Shown here: piece by piece, positions 48,131 to 58,762 of the stretch
How positions within the stretch are numbered: the first letter of the stretch is position 1
How the letters are laid out: each line of letters begins with the position of its first letter
DNA from: Candidatus Altiarchaeota archaeon
GTDB taxonomy: Archaea; Altiarchaeota; Altiarchaeia; IMC4; SCGC-AAA252-I15
DNA length: 64,000 nt
Direction: 5' to 3'
Assembly: GCA_043800705.1 (NCBI GenBank)
Contig: JAZDMS010000010.1
Location: 64,001 to 128,000, forward strand
Notes under the pieces: model-generated
What the model saw: only the letters and a program-made list of their open reading frames with translations
Databases searched by the model: none
Told to the model about the DNA's origin: nothing
Program-made: the position numbers and the translations under genes

Positions 48131-49972
48131 ATGTCCCTCGATTACAAGAAGCTCGGCTTCAAGTGCGGCATCGAGATCCATCAACAGCTCGACACCCACA
48201 AGCTTTTCTGCGACTGCCCGTCGGCCGCCCGCGACGACAAGCCGGACATCACAGTCGAGAGGAAGATGAGGGCCGTCGCCGGAGAGCTCGGAGACGTCGA
48301 CCCCGCGGCGCTCCACGAATTCCTCAGAAACAGGACGCTCGTATACGAGGCCTACCGCGACACCACATGCCTTGTGGAACTCGACGAGGAGCCTCCTCAT
48401 CCCCTCAACCTGGGCGCGCTGAGGACCGTCCTCGAGGTCGCGTTCCTCATGGAGGCCAAGCCCGTCGACGAGCTCCATGTCATGCGCAAGACCGTCATCG
48501 ACGGCTCCAACACGAGCGGATTCCAGCGGACGATGCTCGTCGCGGTCGACGGCGTACTTCAGACGAGCGAAGGCCCCATCGGCGTCCCCACCATCTGCCT
48601 CGAGGAGGACGCCGCCCGGATAATCAGCGAGGACGGCGGCAAAGTACGCTACCACCTCGACCGCCTCGGCATCCCACTCATCGAACTGGCGACGAGCCCC
48701 GACATCAAAAGCCCCCAGCACGCCAGGGAAGTCGCCGAGAAGATCGGCGGCATACTCCGCTCAAGCCAGGTGAAACGCGGCCTCGGAACCATCCGCCAGG
48801 ACCTCAACGTATCCATAGCGGAGGGGCAGCGGATAGAGGTCAAGGGGGTCCAGGACCTCCGCCTCATATCGAAGGTCGTCGAAGGCGAGGTCGAACGCCA
48901 GGCCATGCTCGTCGAGGCGAAAAAGGAGCTGGCAAGACGCGGAATCAGGGAGAATGACTACGACCGAGAGCCCGCAGACGTCACGGACCTGTTCAAAGGC
49001 ACGCAGTCCGCGGTCGTAAGGAAAGGCCTAGAATCCGGCGGGATAGTCCATGGCGTTATCCTGAAGGGGCTCAAAGGCCTGCTGAAAGGAAGGCTCGGCC
49101 CGCAGCTGGCGCAGTACGCCCGCGCCATGGCCGGCGTCAAGGGGATATTCCACGGAGACGAACTGCCTGCCTATGGGATAAGCCCAGCGGAAGTCGATGC
49201 GGTGATGAAAAGGCTCGACGTATCCGGAGACGACTCATACCTCCTGGTGGCCGGAACCACGGAACAGGCGAAGAAAGCGCTAGATGCGGTCCTCGGCCGC
49301 TGCAGGAGCACTTTGGCAGGCGTACCGGACGAGGTCCGCCGAGCGAAAGACGACGGATCGACGGAATACATGCGGCCCCTCCCTGGCTCGAAGAGGATGT
49401 ATCCCGAGACCGACGAGCCGCTTCTCCCGTTGGACTCCTCGCTCCTGAAGGACGTGTCCTCGCATCTGCCGGAGCTTCGCGAAGACAAGGCGAAACGGTA
49501 CATGGAACTCGGCCTAGGCGCCGAAATGGCGTCCCAGATATCCCGCTCGAAGGAGGCCGGGCTCTTCGAGGAGCTGGCCGGCGAATTCCCGAAAGTGGAA
49601 GCCACCCTCATTGCGCAGACTCTGACAGCCACCCCCAAGGAGGCTGAGAAGAGGTACAAGGCGGACGTGGCGAAGCTCACAGTCGAACACCAGAGACAGA
49701 TCCTCCGGCTCATTTCAGAAGGCCGCATATCCAAGAACGTCGTCGCGGAACTGATGGCTAAGGTGTGCGAGAACCCCGGCGACCAGGTCGAGAAGTCCGC
49801 GGAAAAAAACAGGCTCACAACCCTCACCGACGCGGAACTGAAGGCGGTCATCGCAAGGCTGAAGACCGAAGACCCGAGACTTCAGGGCGCCCAGCTGATG
49901 GGGAAGGTCATGGCCGAGACCAAAGGCAGGGCGGACCCGAAAAAGGTGGGCGAATTACAAAACTCAGGCTAA
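48131..49972 (+). CDS. gatE: Glu-tRNA(Gln) amidotransferase subunit E
   Basis: GIEIHQQL, MRKTVIDGSNTSGFQRT, RGLGTIRQD, RMYPETD. Confidence 0.97.
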   Translation: MSLDYKKLGFKCGIEIHQQLDTHKLFCDCPSAARDDKPDITVERKMRAVAGELGDVDPAALHEFLRNRTLVYEAYRDTTCLVELDEEPPHPLNLGALRTVLEVAFLMEAKPVDELHVMRKTVIDGSNTSGFQRTMLVAVDGVLQTSEGPIGVPTICLEEDAARIISEDGGKVRYHLDRLGIPLIELATSPDIKSPQHAREVAEKIGGILRSSQVKRGLGTIRQDLNVSIAEGQRIEVKGVQDLRLISKVVEGEVERQAMLVEAKKELARRGIRENDYDREPADVTDLFKGTQSAVVRKGLESGGIVHGVILKGLKGLLKGRLGPQLAQYARAMAGVKGIFHGDELPAYGISPAEVDAVMKRLDVSGDDSYLLVAGTTEQAKKALDAVLGRCRSTLAGVPDEVRRAKDDGSTEYMRPLPGSKRMYPETDEPLLPLDSSLLKDVSSHLPELREDKAKRYMELGLGAEMASQISRSKEAGLFEELAGEFPKVEATLIAQTLTATPKEAEKRYKADVAKLTVEHQRQILRLISEGRISKNVVAELMAKVCENPGDQVEKSAEKNRLTTLTDAELKAVIARLKTEDPRLQGAQLMGKVMAETKGRADPKKVGELQNSG

Positions 49973-50298
49973 AGCCCTTCCACGTGGCTGAGCCTGAGCC
50001 TCGCGAACAGGTCCCTGGGCCCCTTGTTCTCGGTTATCCCGTACTGGCTGAACATCGCAAGGAGCCTCCTTCTGAGGCCTTTGCCTGCCCGGTCCATGTC
50101 GGTGAGTATGACGACGTCCTTCTGATCCGACAACGCCTCCACGGTCTCGAGGATGCTAAGTTCCGTCTTCACCTCGACGATATTCTCCCCCTTCACTCCG
50201 AGGGAAACCAGGGCGGCCTTGTCCTTCCTGCCTTCGACGAGGATGACTGAGTCCCCCAGGGAATCGAGAAAATCCTCCAGAAGCAATCCCTCGATCAT
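49969..50298 (-). CDS. Stand-alone Toprim-domain protein
   Basis: ILVEGRKD, ILTDMDRAG. Confidence 0.88.
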   Translation of the reverse strand: MIEGLLLEDFLDSLGDSVILVEGRKDKAALVSLGVKGENIVEVKTELSILETVEALSDQKDVVILTDMDRAGKGLRRRLLAMFSQYGITENKGPRDLFARLRLSHVEGL

Positions 50299-50429
50299 TG
50301 TCCCCATCTGTTGCCGCAGGCCCTGCACAGGCACAGGATGGTCCCAAGCTCATGGTGGTTGGAAATGTCGATCTCTATGCTGTTGCAGTACGTGCACCTG
50401 GACACCCTGCGCATTAATCTCTCGTTCAT
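50295..50429 (-). CDS. Small zinc-ribbon protein
   Basis: CTYC...CRACG in 44 aa; ATGA overlap with the Toprim gene. Confidence 0.6.
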   Translation of the reverse strand: MNERLMRRVSRCTYCNSIEIDISNHHELGTILCLCRACGNRWGQ

Positions 50430-50512
50430 TCTAAAATGCGCAACCCCCCTATGTTCATAGTATTCCCCTGCGGAGGATATATACTCCCGGCAAATAGGCC
50501 GGAGCAAAAGGC

Positions 50513-50998
50513 CTAATGCGTCACCAACCTGCAGGATTCCGTGGATCCGGAGTACAGTCTCACGGCCCCGCCCTCCAGATCGCCCTGGTCCTCGGTGTAA
50601 TACAGGGCGTATTCGACGTCGATTCTCCCGGCCGGATCCGAGTCGATGCTCCACATCTGCCCCCTCCTGCCGTCGGTCCAGTTGACCTCCCCCCACAGCA
50701 CCTCGCTCGCACGATACTGCCTGTTCAAGACGATGCAATGCGGCCTGTTGCTGATGTCCTGCTCGAGGCAGACCCACGCCGGAGAATTCGTCGGGGTCTC
50801 GGCGGTCTCTATGATCCTGAAGAAGAGGCTAAATCTGGCCTTCCCCTCATCGGGGTACCTGTCGTAAGAGCATGAGACGAGGTCAGTCCTGAAGGCCGGA
50901 GCATCAGGCAGAGGCGAAAACGCAACCTCTTCGACGTCGCCCTGCTGCAGGCAACCGCATACCAGGGCAGCCAATGCCAAAAATGCAAGGAATCTCAT
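50513..50998 (-). CDS. Predicted lipoprotein
   Basis: MRFLAFLALAALVCGC. Confidence 0.7.
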   Translation of the reverse strand: MRFLAFLALAALVCGCLQQGDVEEVAFSPLPDAPAFRTDLVSCSYDRYPDEGKARFSLFFRIIETAETPTNSPAWVCLEQDISNRPHCIVLNRQYRASEVLWGEVNWTDGRRGQMWSIDSDPAGRIDVEYALYYTEDQGDLEGGAVRLYSGSTESCRLVTH

Positions 50999-51043
50999 CG
51001 ATACTACTTTAGCCGCGGGTATAAAAATAGCCCCGATAAAATA

Positions 51044-52027
51044 ATGAATCACATGGACACACGCCTGTCTGCCGCAATAGCGATAATGTTCCTCCTAACG
51101 GCACCCGCCTGCGCGGACCTGGGCGGGCTTCAGCCATTCGTGTTCTCTGCAGCAAAGTTCATCGTGCTCTCCGAAAAGACGGGGGAAGAGAAGTTCCGCG
51201 TGAACGAGACCCTGAAGGAGACCCTGAAGCAGACCCTGAAGTTCCAGACCCAAAAGAGAAAAGCAGCACAATACTCCCCCCTCGCATGGTACATGCCGGA
51301 GTCATGGGTCCCTGCCGCGGCCTCGGCCATCGGCGTATTCCTCATATCCCTCACGCACATGTCGATGTCCCTCGGCCAGGCCGTCGTCGAATCCCTGATA
51401 GCGGACCAGAAAAAGAAGAAGATAACCGTGAAGAAGACCGCCCTCAAGGTGGGCCTCATCAAGGTCAGGGAGGCACTGTCCGTCATAGCCGCCGCGGTCG
51501 TCCTCGGAGCAGCCATCAGCTGGACCTATGCCGGCCCAACGTATGAATTCATCTGGCTCATGGTATTGAGCACCGTCGTCTGCCTCATAGCGGGGATATC
51601 CCATGAGGCGGTCCACAGGATCGCCGGCAAGGCGCTCGGCATCTCCGCGGAATACACGTTCTGGTTCACAGGCTCCTTCCTCACCATCGTCACCGCCCTG
51701 TTGGGCAACGCATTCGGCCTACAGGGGATGCTCGTGGAGCAAATAAAGGGAGACGTCTCCCCCAGGAGGCTCGGCCTAATGAAACTGGCCGGCCCAGTCT
51801 TCAGCATCGTCGTGATGGGATTCTTCGTCGGATTGAACTTCGTACGCCCGAGCGTCATATTCCAGATCGCGTTCTCCATATCGGGGATGATCGCGATGGC
51901 CGAGATACTGCCCTTCAAACCGATGGACGGCTACGACGTCAGGAAATGGAGCTTCCTCATCTGGCTGCTGTCATTCATCGTCATCGGGTTGATGTTCAGC
52001 CTCGTAAACTTCATCCTGATGGTCTGA
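51044..52027 (+). CDS. Site-2 protease (M50) family membrane metalloprotease
   Basis: SHEAVH, LAGP, LPFKPMDG. Confidence 0.8.
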   Translation: MNHMDTRLSAAIAIMFLLTAPACADLGGLQPFVFSAAKFIVLSEKTGEEKFRVNETLKETLKQTLKFQTQKRKAAQYSPLAWYMPESWVPAAASAIGVFLISLTHMSMSLGQAVVESLIADQKKKKITVKKTALKVGLIKVREALSVIAAAVVLGAAISWTYAGPTYEFIWLMVLSTVVCLIAGISHEAVHRIAGKALGISAEYTFWFTGSFLTIVTALLGNAFGLQGMLVEQIKGDVSPRRLGLMKLAGPVFSIVVMGFFVGLNFVRPSVIFQIAFSISGMIAMAEILPFKPMDGYDVRKWSFLIWLLSFIVIGLMFSLVNFILMV

Positions 52028-52636
52028 TCAGCCCAACGCATACCTGTCCAGCTTGGAATCATACTGGTAATCGTATGCCCCCTGCCCCGGATTGAACGTC
52101 CTCTTCTGCGGAGTGAAAATGCCCTCCGGCAGAGTGGCCGGGCGGCAGACGACATCCTTCGCATTGACGAGGTCGATATACTCGGTGGGCACGGCGACGG
52201 TCCTGTTGGCCTTGACCTCCGCCTTCTCGATGTGCTCCCTGAGCCCCTTTATCTGGGATATCATGTATTTGTCGCCCGGGCCCGGCTGGCTATCGGCCCA
52301 TACGTAAACGTAGACCCCGTCGTTGATGACGTGCGTCTCGCCCGCCCTGCCGGCAACCGTAACGGCATGGTATCTCCCCCCCTCGGACCACATCTGCGTC
52401 CTAGTGACCTGCCCGATCCTCGCCTGGTTGGAGAAGTTGCAAAGATACGGGCTCCACATGAACAGGGCTTCGCCGACGCTGTGCAGCTCGAAAACGGTCT
52501 GGTTCGTCACGTTTTTCAATATCTTGACCGAATTATTAGCTGGCTTTATCACGACTGGTTTCGCCTCCTCGGACCCGGGAACGCACATGCAGCCGCAGAC
52601 CAGGGCTGCCAGCGTTAACGCCAAAGCAAATCTCAT
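52028..52636 (-). CDS. Predicted lipoprotein
   Basis: MRFALALTLAALVCGC. Confidence 0.7.
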   Translation of the reverse strand: MRFALALTLAALVCGCMCVPGSEEAKPVVIKPANNSVKILKNVTNQTVFELHSVGEALFMWSPYLCNFSNQARIGQVTRTQMWSEGGRYHAVTVAGRAGETHVINDGVYVYVWADSQPGPGDKYMISQIKGLREHIEKAEVKANRTVAVPTEYIDLVNAKDVVCRPATLPEGIFTPQKRTFNPGQGAYDYQYDSKLDRYALG

Positions 52637-52665
52637 GCCGATAAAGTATGTCCGCCCGCCCTTAA

Positions 52666-54048
52666 ATGGCAGTCATATTTTACTCCCCGTTCTCATTCCC
52701 TAACGTGAGAGTCTACGACGTCGTCCACGGCTACCAGCCGTTCACCAGGGAACTGGTATCGGACTGGGTGGCGCCGAACCTTCAGAAGATATTCCTGCCG
52801 ACATCCAAAGCAATGGCGGAAGGCCTCGTCAGAAGAAGCGTGCAACTGCAGGGCTGGACAATAGACGCCTGGCTCTCGGCGCCGAAGGAGATAAGCTCCC
52901 CTGCCGCAACCGTGCTGTCCAACCTCCGCTGCGCCAAGAAGAAAAACAACATAGAATTCGGCTTCAGCTCATACGGCCACGCCCTCCTGCCCCTTTTGGG
53001 AGAGCGCCTGACCTACGCATCCATGCTCGCGGACTACGAAACCGTCAAAACCCGCCTGGCAGAGCCGACATTCTTCTGGTTCCCCGAGAACGCAGTCGAC
53101 GCCACCCGCCTACGGATACTCCATGAGAGATTCACCGGAAAAATCGCGGTCATACCCTCCGGCTCCGTTGGCGGGATGAAAACCGCGTTCCTGAAGCTCA
53201 CAGGCCTAGGAGCCCCCAGAAAGGCCAAACCAGGCTCCCGCGTGCCGAGCCACTACGGCTGCGAGTCGCCGCTGAAGGAGGGTGTCGGGCCAGATTCGAT
53301 GCCGGCCGCGCTCGCCAACACGCTCGTAAAGGACGTCCTCATGAACTCGACAGTGTACGAGAAGCCGGGATACGTCCCCCCGGCCCTGGACTGGGGGAAG
53401 GCGAAAAAATCCATGCGGGACGGAAAAGAACTCTCACATACCCTCTCAGTCCTCGACCCCGGTCAAGAACACCTCATCGTCCGCGACTGGGAGAACGGCG
53501 AAAGCAGGGACTCCCTCAGGCATATCGGAGACAAAGCCGACGTCTCCGCAATGATGGACCCTGATGTCGAATACCGCCTCCTCTCAGAGGCCGAATACGC
53601 CGGCCCATTCAGCATCAAGGACGTACGCCCCTCATGCTGGGAGCCGTATTCGACTCCCGCAAATCCGTACCCCTACTGGGCGCCGACGAACATGGACGGC
53701 TGGAAGACGAAAGCAAAAGACTACTGGCTCGAAATACTCTCCATCTACGAGCGCGGATTCGACGCAGCCGTCGGCGAAGGAGGCCTCGACTCCGTCGATG
53801 ACGCCTTCAGGAACAAAGGATTCAACGCCCTCTTCAAGAGGACCTCCCCAGCACTACTATCATGCCTCCCATGGCACCTGTTCGCCCGCCCAGAATGGGA
53901 GAGGTTCCCCGAATTCCCCCGGCAGCTTCTAGAAAAAATCGTCCTGCCTTACACGACCGAGATGTTAGCTTATGCAGGGCAGGAAAGGGAAGTGGATTGG
54001 CTAATAAAGACAGTCAAAAACTTCATAAATACAATCTCTCTGAAGTAG
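52666..54048 (+). CDS. Glycoside hydrolase family 57-like protein
   Basis: HGYQP, HALLPL, FWFPENA, DWEN. Confidence 0.7.
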   Translation: MAVIFYSPFSFPNVRVYDVVHGYQPFTRELVSDWVAPNLQKIFLPTSKAMAEGLVRRSVQLQGWTIDAWLSAPKEISSPAATVLSNLRCAKKKNNIEFGFSSYGHALLPLLGERLTYASMLADYETVKTRLAEPTFFWFPENAVDATRLRILHERFTGKIAVIPSGSVGGMKTAFLKLTGLGAPRKAKPGSRVPSHYGCESPLKEGVGPDSMPAALANTLVKDVLMNSTVYEKPGYVPPALDWGKAKKSMRDGKELSHTLSVLDPGQEHLIVRDWENGESRDSLRHIGDKADVSAMMDPDVEYRLLSEAEYAGPFSIKDVRPSCWEPYSTPANPYPYWAPTNMDGWKTKAKDYWLEILSIYERGFDAAVGEGGLDSVDDAFRNKGFNALFKRTSPALLSCLPWHLFARPEWERFPEFPRQLLEKIVLPYTTEMLAYAGQEREVDWLIKTVKNFINTISLK

Positions 54049-54053
54049 GTATC

Positions 54054-54179
54054 ATGAAAATCTCCAAAACCCTCAAGGCAGAACTTGAAAAATCTCGTGG
54101 TGAAATCCGAGCCGGCAATTTCTACACCCTTGAAGAAGTCAAATCAGCGTTGAAAATATCCTGGAAGGATCACCTATAA
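54054..54179 (+). CDS. Short antitoxin-like peptide
   Basis: LEKSRGEIRAGNFYTLEEVK resembles archaeal RelB-type C termini. Confidence 0.5.
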   Translation: MKISKTLKAELEKSRGEIRAGNFYTLEEVKSALKISWKDHL

Positions 54180-54436
54180 CCCTTATACCATCTCTCATAC
54201 TCCTTGTGGTCTGTGAAACACTGTACTATGCGTACCTTCTCATCCTCGCATTCAAAGACGATCCCGGCCTGTTTGGTCACTTCGTCTACGTGGTACGGGA
54301 TACCGTATTTCATATGCCTTCTAGGCGGCATTTCCAGTATCTTCTCGAAATGTTTCAGGAATATCGGCTTCATGCTTGGCGGCAACTTCTCCAGCTGTCT
54401 CTTGGCATTGTCGGAGAAAAGAAGTTCCATCTTCAA
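54170..54436 (-). CDS. RelE/ParE-like toxin
   Basis: FSDNAKRQLEKL...HKEYERWY; overlaps the upstream antitoxin. Confidence 0.7.
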   Translation of the reverse strand: MKMELLFSDNAKRQLEKLPPSMKPIFLKHFEKILEMPPRRHMKYGIPYHVDEVTKQAGIVFECEDEKVRIVQCFTDHKEYERWYKGYR

Positions 54437-54669
54437 TCCTTAAGGATCTTCCTAATCTCCTCGAAACCGTGGGTTCTCACCCTGCCTGACTTCATCTCGG
54501 CAACTTCAAACTCCACAGCCTTATGGACCAGCATCATCTCCTCCTCCTCGAGCATCCTCTCATAGGCTGAGATAGCCTGTCTTATGACTTCCGTCTGATT
54601 GCCTGCATACCCCTTCTCGATAATCCTATTGATACTGGTCTCATAGGGTATGCCAAGATTAACATTCAT
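54433..54669 (-). CDS. RHH antitoxin (ParD/CopG-like)
   Basis: KGYAGNQTEVIRQAI. Confidence 0.75.
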   Translation of the reverse strand: MNVNLGIPYETSINRIIEKGYAGNQTEVIRQAISAYERMLEEEEMMLVHKAVEFEVAEMKSGRVRTHGFEEIRKILKD

Positions 54670-54720
54670 GTTAACTAGATGTGCATTCTAGTATATAACT
54701 AATGTACCTTAGATATTATA

Positions 54721-55755
54721 TTAAATATTCACTAGATTAGCATAGTCGTGGTGTATCAACTGGTCAGTCTCTCCTAATGGAAACAGCTTCACGACCGGCT
54801 CGTCGCTGAGGAGGCAGTTCTTCTTGTAGACCTCCATGAGGCTGTCGTGGCTCTTCTTGAAGCTCGAATAGTCGGGGTATACTGATAACATCACCGACTC
54901 CAGGTCCCCGGACACCTTCAGCACATGGGCCGGGTCTTCGAGGACCGAATCCGTATGCTTCAGCCTGTCCTGGATGCCATGGTGCGGGCTTATATGCAGG
55001 TGCGTGAACGCCAACAGCCCGAAACCCAATTTCCCCACATCCGGGATGTTGACAGGCCTCAGAAGCCTCCCGTCCAGGAACTTGTTCCTCAAACCGTTCA
55101 CCGTCTGCCTGCTGACCCCCGCCGCATCCGCCACAACCTCATCCGAGGCCGAAGGATGCCCCACCAAAGCCGCAAAGACCTTCAGCTCCCTGCTGGTCGG
55201 CTTCCACTCATCCCCCTCCCTTGCTTTAGCCTTCTCGGCCGTGTGCTCGAGGCCCAGATGATTCGCCAGAAGAGGCGCATAGTCGAAGAACCTGGGGATG
55301 TTCGTAAGGCTCAGCGGGAAGAAGACATAGTTGTGCCTCTTGTCCGTCAGGTATCCGCTGTCGTGGTGGACCTTATGGTGGGCTCCGATGCTCTCCCTCA
55401 CCTTCGTCAGATTCTCGGCCGCACCGAAGCTCAGATGTTGGCCGCCGCAGCGCACCATATAGAACGCATTAGAGACGCCGTCCCTGACGACCTTCCTGAA
55501 CGCCGCCAGATCATGCGAAGCCGCCCCCCCGAACTCCCCATACAAGGCCGTAAAAAGCTCACAGCCGACGCGGCCGAAATCCGGGACGAGGACGTGGTGT
55601 ACGAGGCCGTTCTTCTCCAGCCGCTGCCTGACGACGGTCACCGTAGTACGCACAACACCCAGCCTATCGGACAACTCGACATCGTTCAAACCCGGCCACC
55701 GAACCAGGCCATACAGGACCTCCCGCTCACGGGAAGTCAAATCCCCCGAACCCAC
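54721..55755 (-). CDS. Tandem Lrp/AsnC-like HTH regulator
   Basis: Two repeats of LT/PT-SRE...HTH...PDxGxxG; start uncertain. Confidence 0.75.
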   Translation of the reverse strand: MGSGDLTSREREVLYGLVRWPGLNDVELSDRLGVVRTTVTVVRQRLEKNGLVHHVLVPDFGRVGCELFTALYGEFGGAASHDLAAFRKVVRDGVSNAFYMVRCGGQHLSFGAAENLTKVRESIGAHHKVHHDSGYLTDKRHNYVFFPLSLTNIPRFFDYAPLLANHLGLEHTAEKAKAREGDEWKPTSRELKVFAALVGHPSASDEVVADAAGVSRQTVNGLRNKFLDGRLLRPVNIPDVGKLGFGLLAFTHLHISPHHGIQDRLKHTDSVLEDPAHVLKVSGDLESVMLSVYPDYSSFKKSHDSLMEVYKKNCLLSDEPVVKLFPLGETDQLIHHDYANLVNI

Positions 55756-55771
55756 AAAGACATAATTACAA
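55685..55771 (+). repeat. 87-bp direct repeat, copy 1
   Basis: Identical to 59972-60058. Confidence 0.92.
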
Positions 55772-55907
55772 ACAGAGATATAAAAAGGGGACAAAAAGAC
55801 AAAAAAGCCGAATAGCGGAAAACCATCCGCTTCTGACAGAGGGAGCCACCGCCCCCGTATGTATTTAAATATGCATTCACTAAATGAATTATTCACTTGG
55901 TGAATGT

Positions 55908-57281
55908 ATGATGTTCATCGGCCGGGAAAGCGAGCTGAAGCAGCTTGGAGAACTGGAGCACTTATCAAAGAAGAAGCATTTCATTGTCGTCCTGTACGGC
56001 TTGAGAAGAGTGGGGAAGACGAGGCTTTTGCTCGAATTCGTGAAAAATCGGGGTTCATACTTTTTCGTGAACAAGAACAAGACTTCGGCGGATCTACTGA
56101 ACGAGTTCCAGAACATTCTGAAGGATGACAAAACCCTCAGCGAATTGGAGGATCTACGCACATGGGATGATTTTTTCAAGGTTATAATGGCGCGTAAAAC
56201 CACCCCCGTCATTTTCGACGAATTCCAAAACTTCGCCTACGTCGAGCCCGCAGTATTCGGAATAGTGCAAAAGAACGCCGACCTGCACGAAGACCGCCCC
56301 GGCATGATGCTCTTGTCAGGCTCGCTCATCGGCCTGATGAAAAAGCTCTTCCGGGACTCTGGAGAGCCGCTATACGGAAGAATCAAGAAGGGGCTGAAAA
56401 TCGATCCATTGAACCTGGCATCCTGTCTGGAGTTCGGGACGGAACTGGACATATCCAAAGAAGACGCCGCCAAACTATACTGCGTATTCGGAGGCTACCC
56501 AAAATATTATGTCGCCGTGGAGGATTTCGGCCTGAACGGCAGGAGTGCCGATGAAATAATCGACTCGCTGCTATTATCCGCCGACGCCCCACTCGAGGAC
56601 GAAGTCAACATCATACTCTCTCAGGAGTTCGGCGGCAGAAGCGGCGTATACTACTCCATCCTGGAGGCGATAGCCAGCGGCAACAACACCCTATCCTCCA
56701 TCGCCGGCTACCTTAATGCGACGCCAACATCGCTGACCCGCCAAATCAAGGAACTGAAGGACTACTTCGAACTGATAGAACTAGAAATGCCATACGAAGG
56801 AAAACGCGGCATCTACAGGATAAAACACCCCCTCATATATTTCTGGTTCTCGCAGATATACAAGAACTACTCCGAATACGTCTCCAGACGGCCGAAGCTC
56901 ATGGATAAGCTAAGACGCAACCTTGACGGAGCATACGGGCACATGTTCGAGAGAACTGCAAGCGAATTCCTTGCCTACAAAATCGGATTGACAGAGGCGA
57001 GACGACAGTGGGGGAAGATACCCGGCGCCAAAAAAGGCGAAAACACCTACGAAATAGACCTAATCGGAAGAAGCGGAGAAACAACATACCTATTTGAGTT
57101 CAAATGGGCTGAAGTAGGCTTCGGCGAAGCAAAGCGGATAATACAAAAACTACAGCAGAACTCAAAACACATCCCCTCCCTGAAAGGGGAAATAAAATAC
57201 GGAATCGTCGCCAAAAAAATACTGCAAAAAAACACACTACAAGCAGCCGGCCACGCAGCATACGACATACGCGACTTCTGA
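55908..57281 (+). CDS. Archaeal ATPase (ATPase_2/DUF234) with C-terminal PD-(D/E)xK-like domain
   Basis: FIGRESEL, YGLRRVGKT, IFDEFQ, GGYPKY, EIDL...EFKW. Confidence 0.92.
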   Translation: MMFIGRESELKQLGELEHLSKKKHFIVVLYGLRRVGKTRLLLEFVKNRGSYFFVNKNKTSADLLNEFQNILKDDKTLSELEDLRTWDDFFKVIMARKTTPVIFDEFQNFAYVEPAVFGIVQKNADLHEDRPGMMLLSGSLIGLMKKLFRDSGEPLYGRIKKGLKIDPLNLASCLEFGTELDISKEDAAKLYCVFGGYPKYYVAVEDFGLNGRSADEIIDSLLLSADAPLEDEVNIILSQEFGGRSGVYYSILEAIASGNNTLSSIAGYLNATPTSLTRQIKELKDYFELIELEMPYEGKRGIYRIKHPLIYFWFSQIYKNYSEYVSRRPKLMDKLRRNLDGAYGHMFERTASEFLAYKIGLTEARRQWGKIPGAKKGENTYEIDLIGRSGETTYLFEFKWAEVGFGEAKRIIQKLQQNSKHIPSLKGEIKYGIVAKKILQKNTLQAAGHAAYDIRDF

Positions 57282-57313
57282 AAAAACTTTTCCGAACCAT
57301 ATGTATCTCGTTA

Positions 57314-58762
57314 TCACAGTTTTTTATTTGCCTCCGCTACGCTGAAGTGTTCTGGGTCGTATTCTTCCCCAAGCCATTCCACGATGCTCTCCTCGTATTG
57401 GGGGTGGTTCCTGTTTTTCCGGATCTCCATGAGTTCTATATATCCCCAGACGCTGCCGCAGTCCTCCGGCGGACAGGCCCTCTCCCCTGCAATGCAGACT
57501 GGGGACTTCTGGGGGCCTTTTTCCATGATTTTTTCGACAGACAGGGTGTGCTGCCAGTTGTCGCCGAAATCGTATGTGTAGCTGAATTTTTGCCCCGCTT
57601 CCCGAATCAGCTCATTCAGCCTCTTCTTCGGAGAGGCTGCCTTACTCCCTCCCTGAAAGGCTTTGAACATTCCGTCAACGCATAGGATCTCTTCCTCCCC
57701 TTCGATGTACGTGCCGTCAACCTGGAAACTGTAGAGATGGTAATTATCCCAGCCCATCACTGCCTGGATGACTTCGTGAAGCCTCTTGAAGGAGATAGAG
57801 TCTTCGACTATGAACCTCCGCCAAACAGGCGGTTTCAGGCCGTCAAGCATGATCTTCAGCTGAAGCATTCTCGGCTTCGCGACGGCATCTGTCGATATTT
57901 TTCCGCAACACTTTTTGTATTTGACTCCCGACCCGCAGGGACACGGATCGTTTCGGCCCACCTTCGGCGGCTTCTTAGTAGCTGGCAGGGGCTTCAAGAG
58001 GTCTATTTTCCTCTTAGGCGGACCCGAATAGCTTTGATTTACTCCGTCCAGGTACTGCAGACTCTGATGCGAAAAATGCCCCCAAAGATCTTTCGTGCAG
58101 TGAGTGTATGCTTTGAGCCTGCTTGTGCCAGCATGGAGTTCCATCAGATCCTCCCTCGTCAACATCCTTTTCGCCTCATTGCTGCACTTGTGGAACGTCC
58201 TCAATCCGTCGAAAAGCTCCTCCTCCTGCACTTCCGCCATTTCAGGAATGCATAGTGCCACTAACTCTTCATCTTTTTCAGCCGCCAAGAACCGCTTGCA
58301 TTCTGCCGCGACATCCTCTTCCGTCTTTTTCCCCGTTGCCGCAAATGCACACAGCGCCGACATAGCAGCCGACCTCACGAACATATCAAGAGACGTGTCA
58401 AACGCCATCGCCTTAATTTTATCAAAGAAATCCGGCCCAAAATTATATAACACGGCTTGGAGGTCCTCTGTGATATAGTCGCCCAACTCCTCCACACGGT
58501 TCCGAACAGCATACTCTAACGTCTCAAAAGATTTTCCGCCGCCCTTCAACCCCAGGATGAAAAAAACATGATACGGGCTCCAAGCATCACCCGGCCATCC
58601 ATGATCCCAGTAACGATCTTCGCGCATAATCTCCGACAATGCCGCATGGACATCCCCCCTTTTTACTATCTCCTCCACGAGGCCTTTTTCCACATAGAGG
58701 CCGGATTCCACGAACTTCTCCATCAGCTCATCCGCTGGGCCGATTTTGGCGCGCTTCGTCAT
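57314..58762 (-). CDS. DUF1186-like + SEC-C + pRiA4b ORF3 domain fusion
   Basis: [19 protein letters not shown]; [27 protein letters not shown]. Confidence 0.88.
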   Translation of the reverse strand: MTKRAKIGPADELMEKFVESGLYVEKGLVEEIVKRGDVHAALSEIMREDRYWDHGWPGDAWSPYHVFFILGLKGGGKSFETLEYAVRNRVEELGDYITEDLQAVLYNFGPDFFDKIKAMAFDTSLDMFVRSAAMSALCAFAATGKKTEEDVAAECKRFLAAEKDEELVALCIPEMAEVQEEELFDGLRTFHKCSNEAKRMLTREDLMELHAGTSRLKAYTHCTKDLWGHFSHQSLQYLDGVNQSYSGPPKRKIDLLKPLPATKKPPKVGRNDPCPCGSGVKYKKCCGKISTDAVAKPRMLQLKIMLDGLKPPVWRRFIVEDSISFKRLHEVIQAVMGWDNYHLYSFQVDGTYIEGEEEILCVDGMFKAFQGGSKAASPKKRLNELIREAGQKFSYTYDFGDNWQHTLSVEKIMEKGPQKSPVCIAGERACPPEDCGSVWGYIELMEIRKNRNHPQYEESIVEWLGEEYDPEHFSVAEANKKL

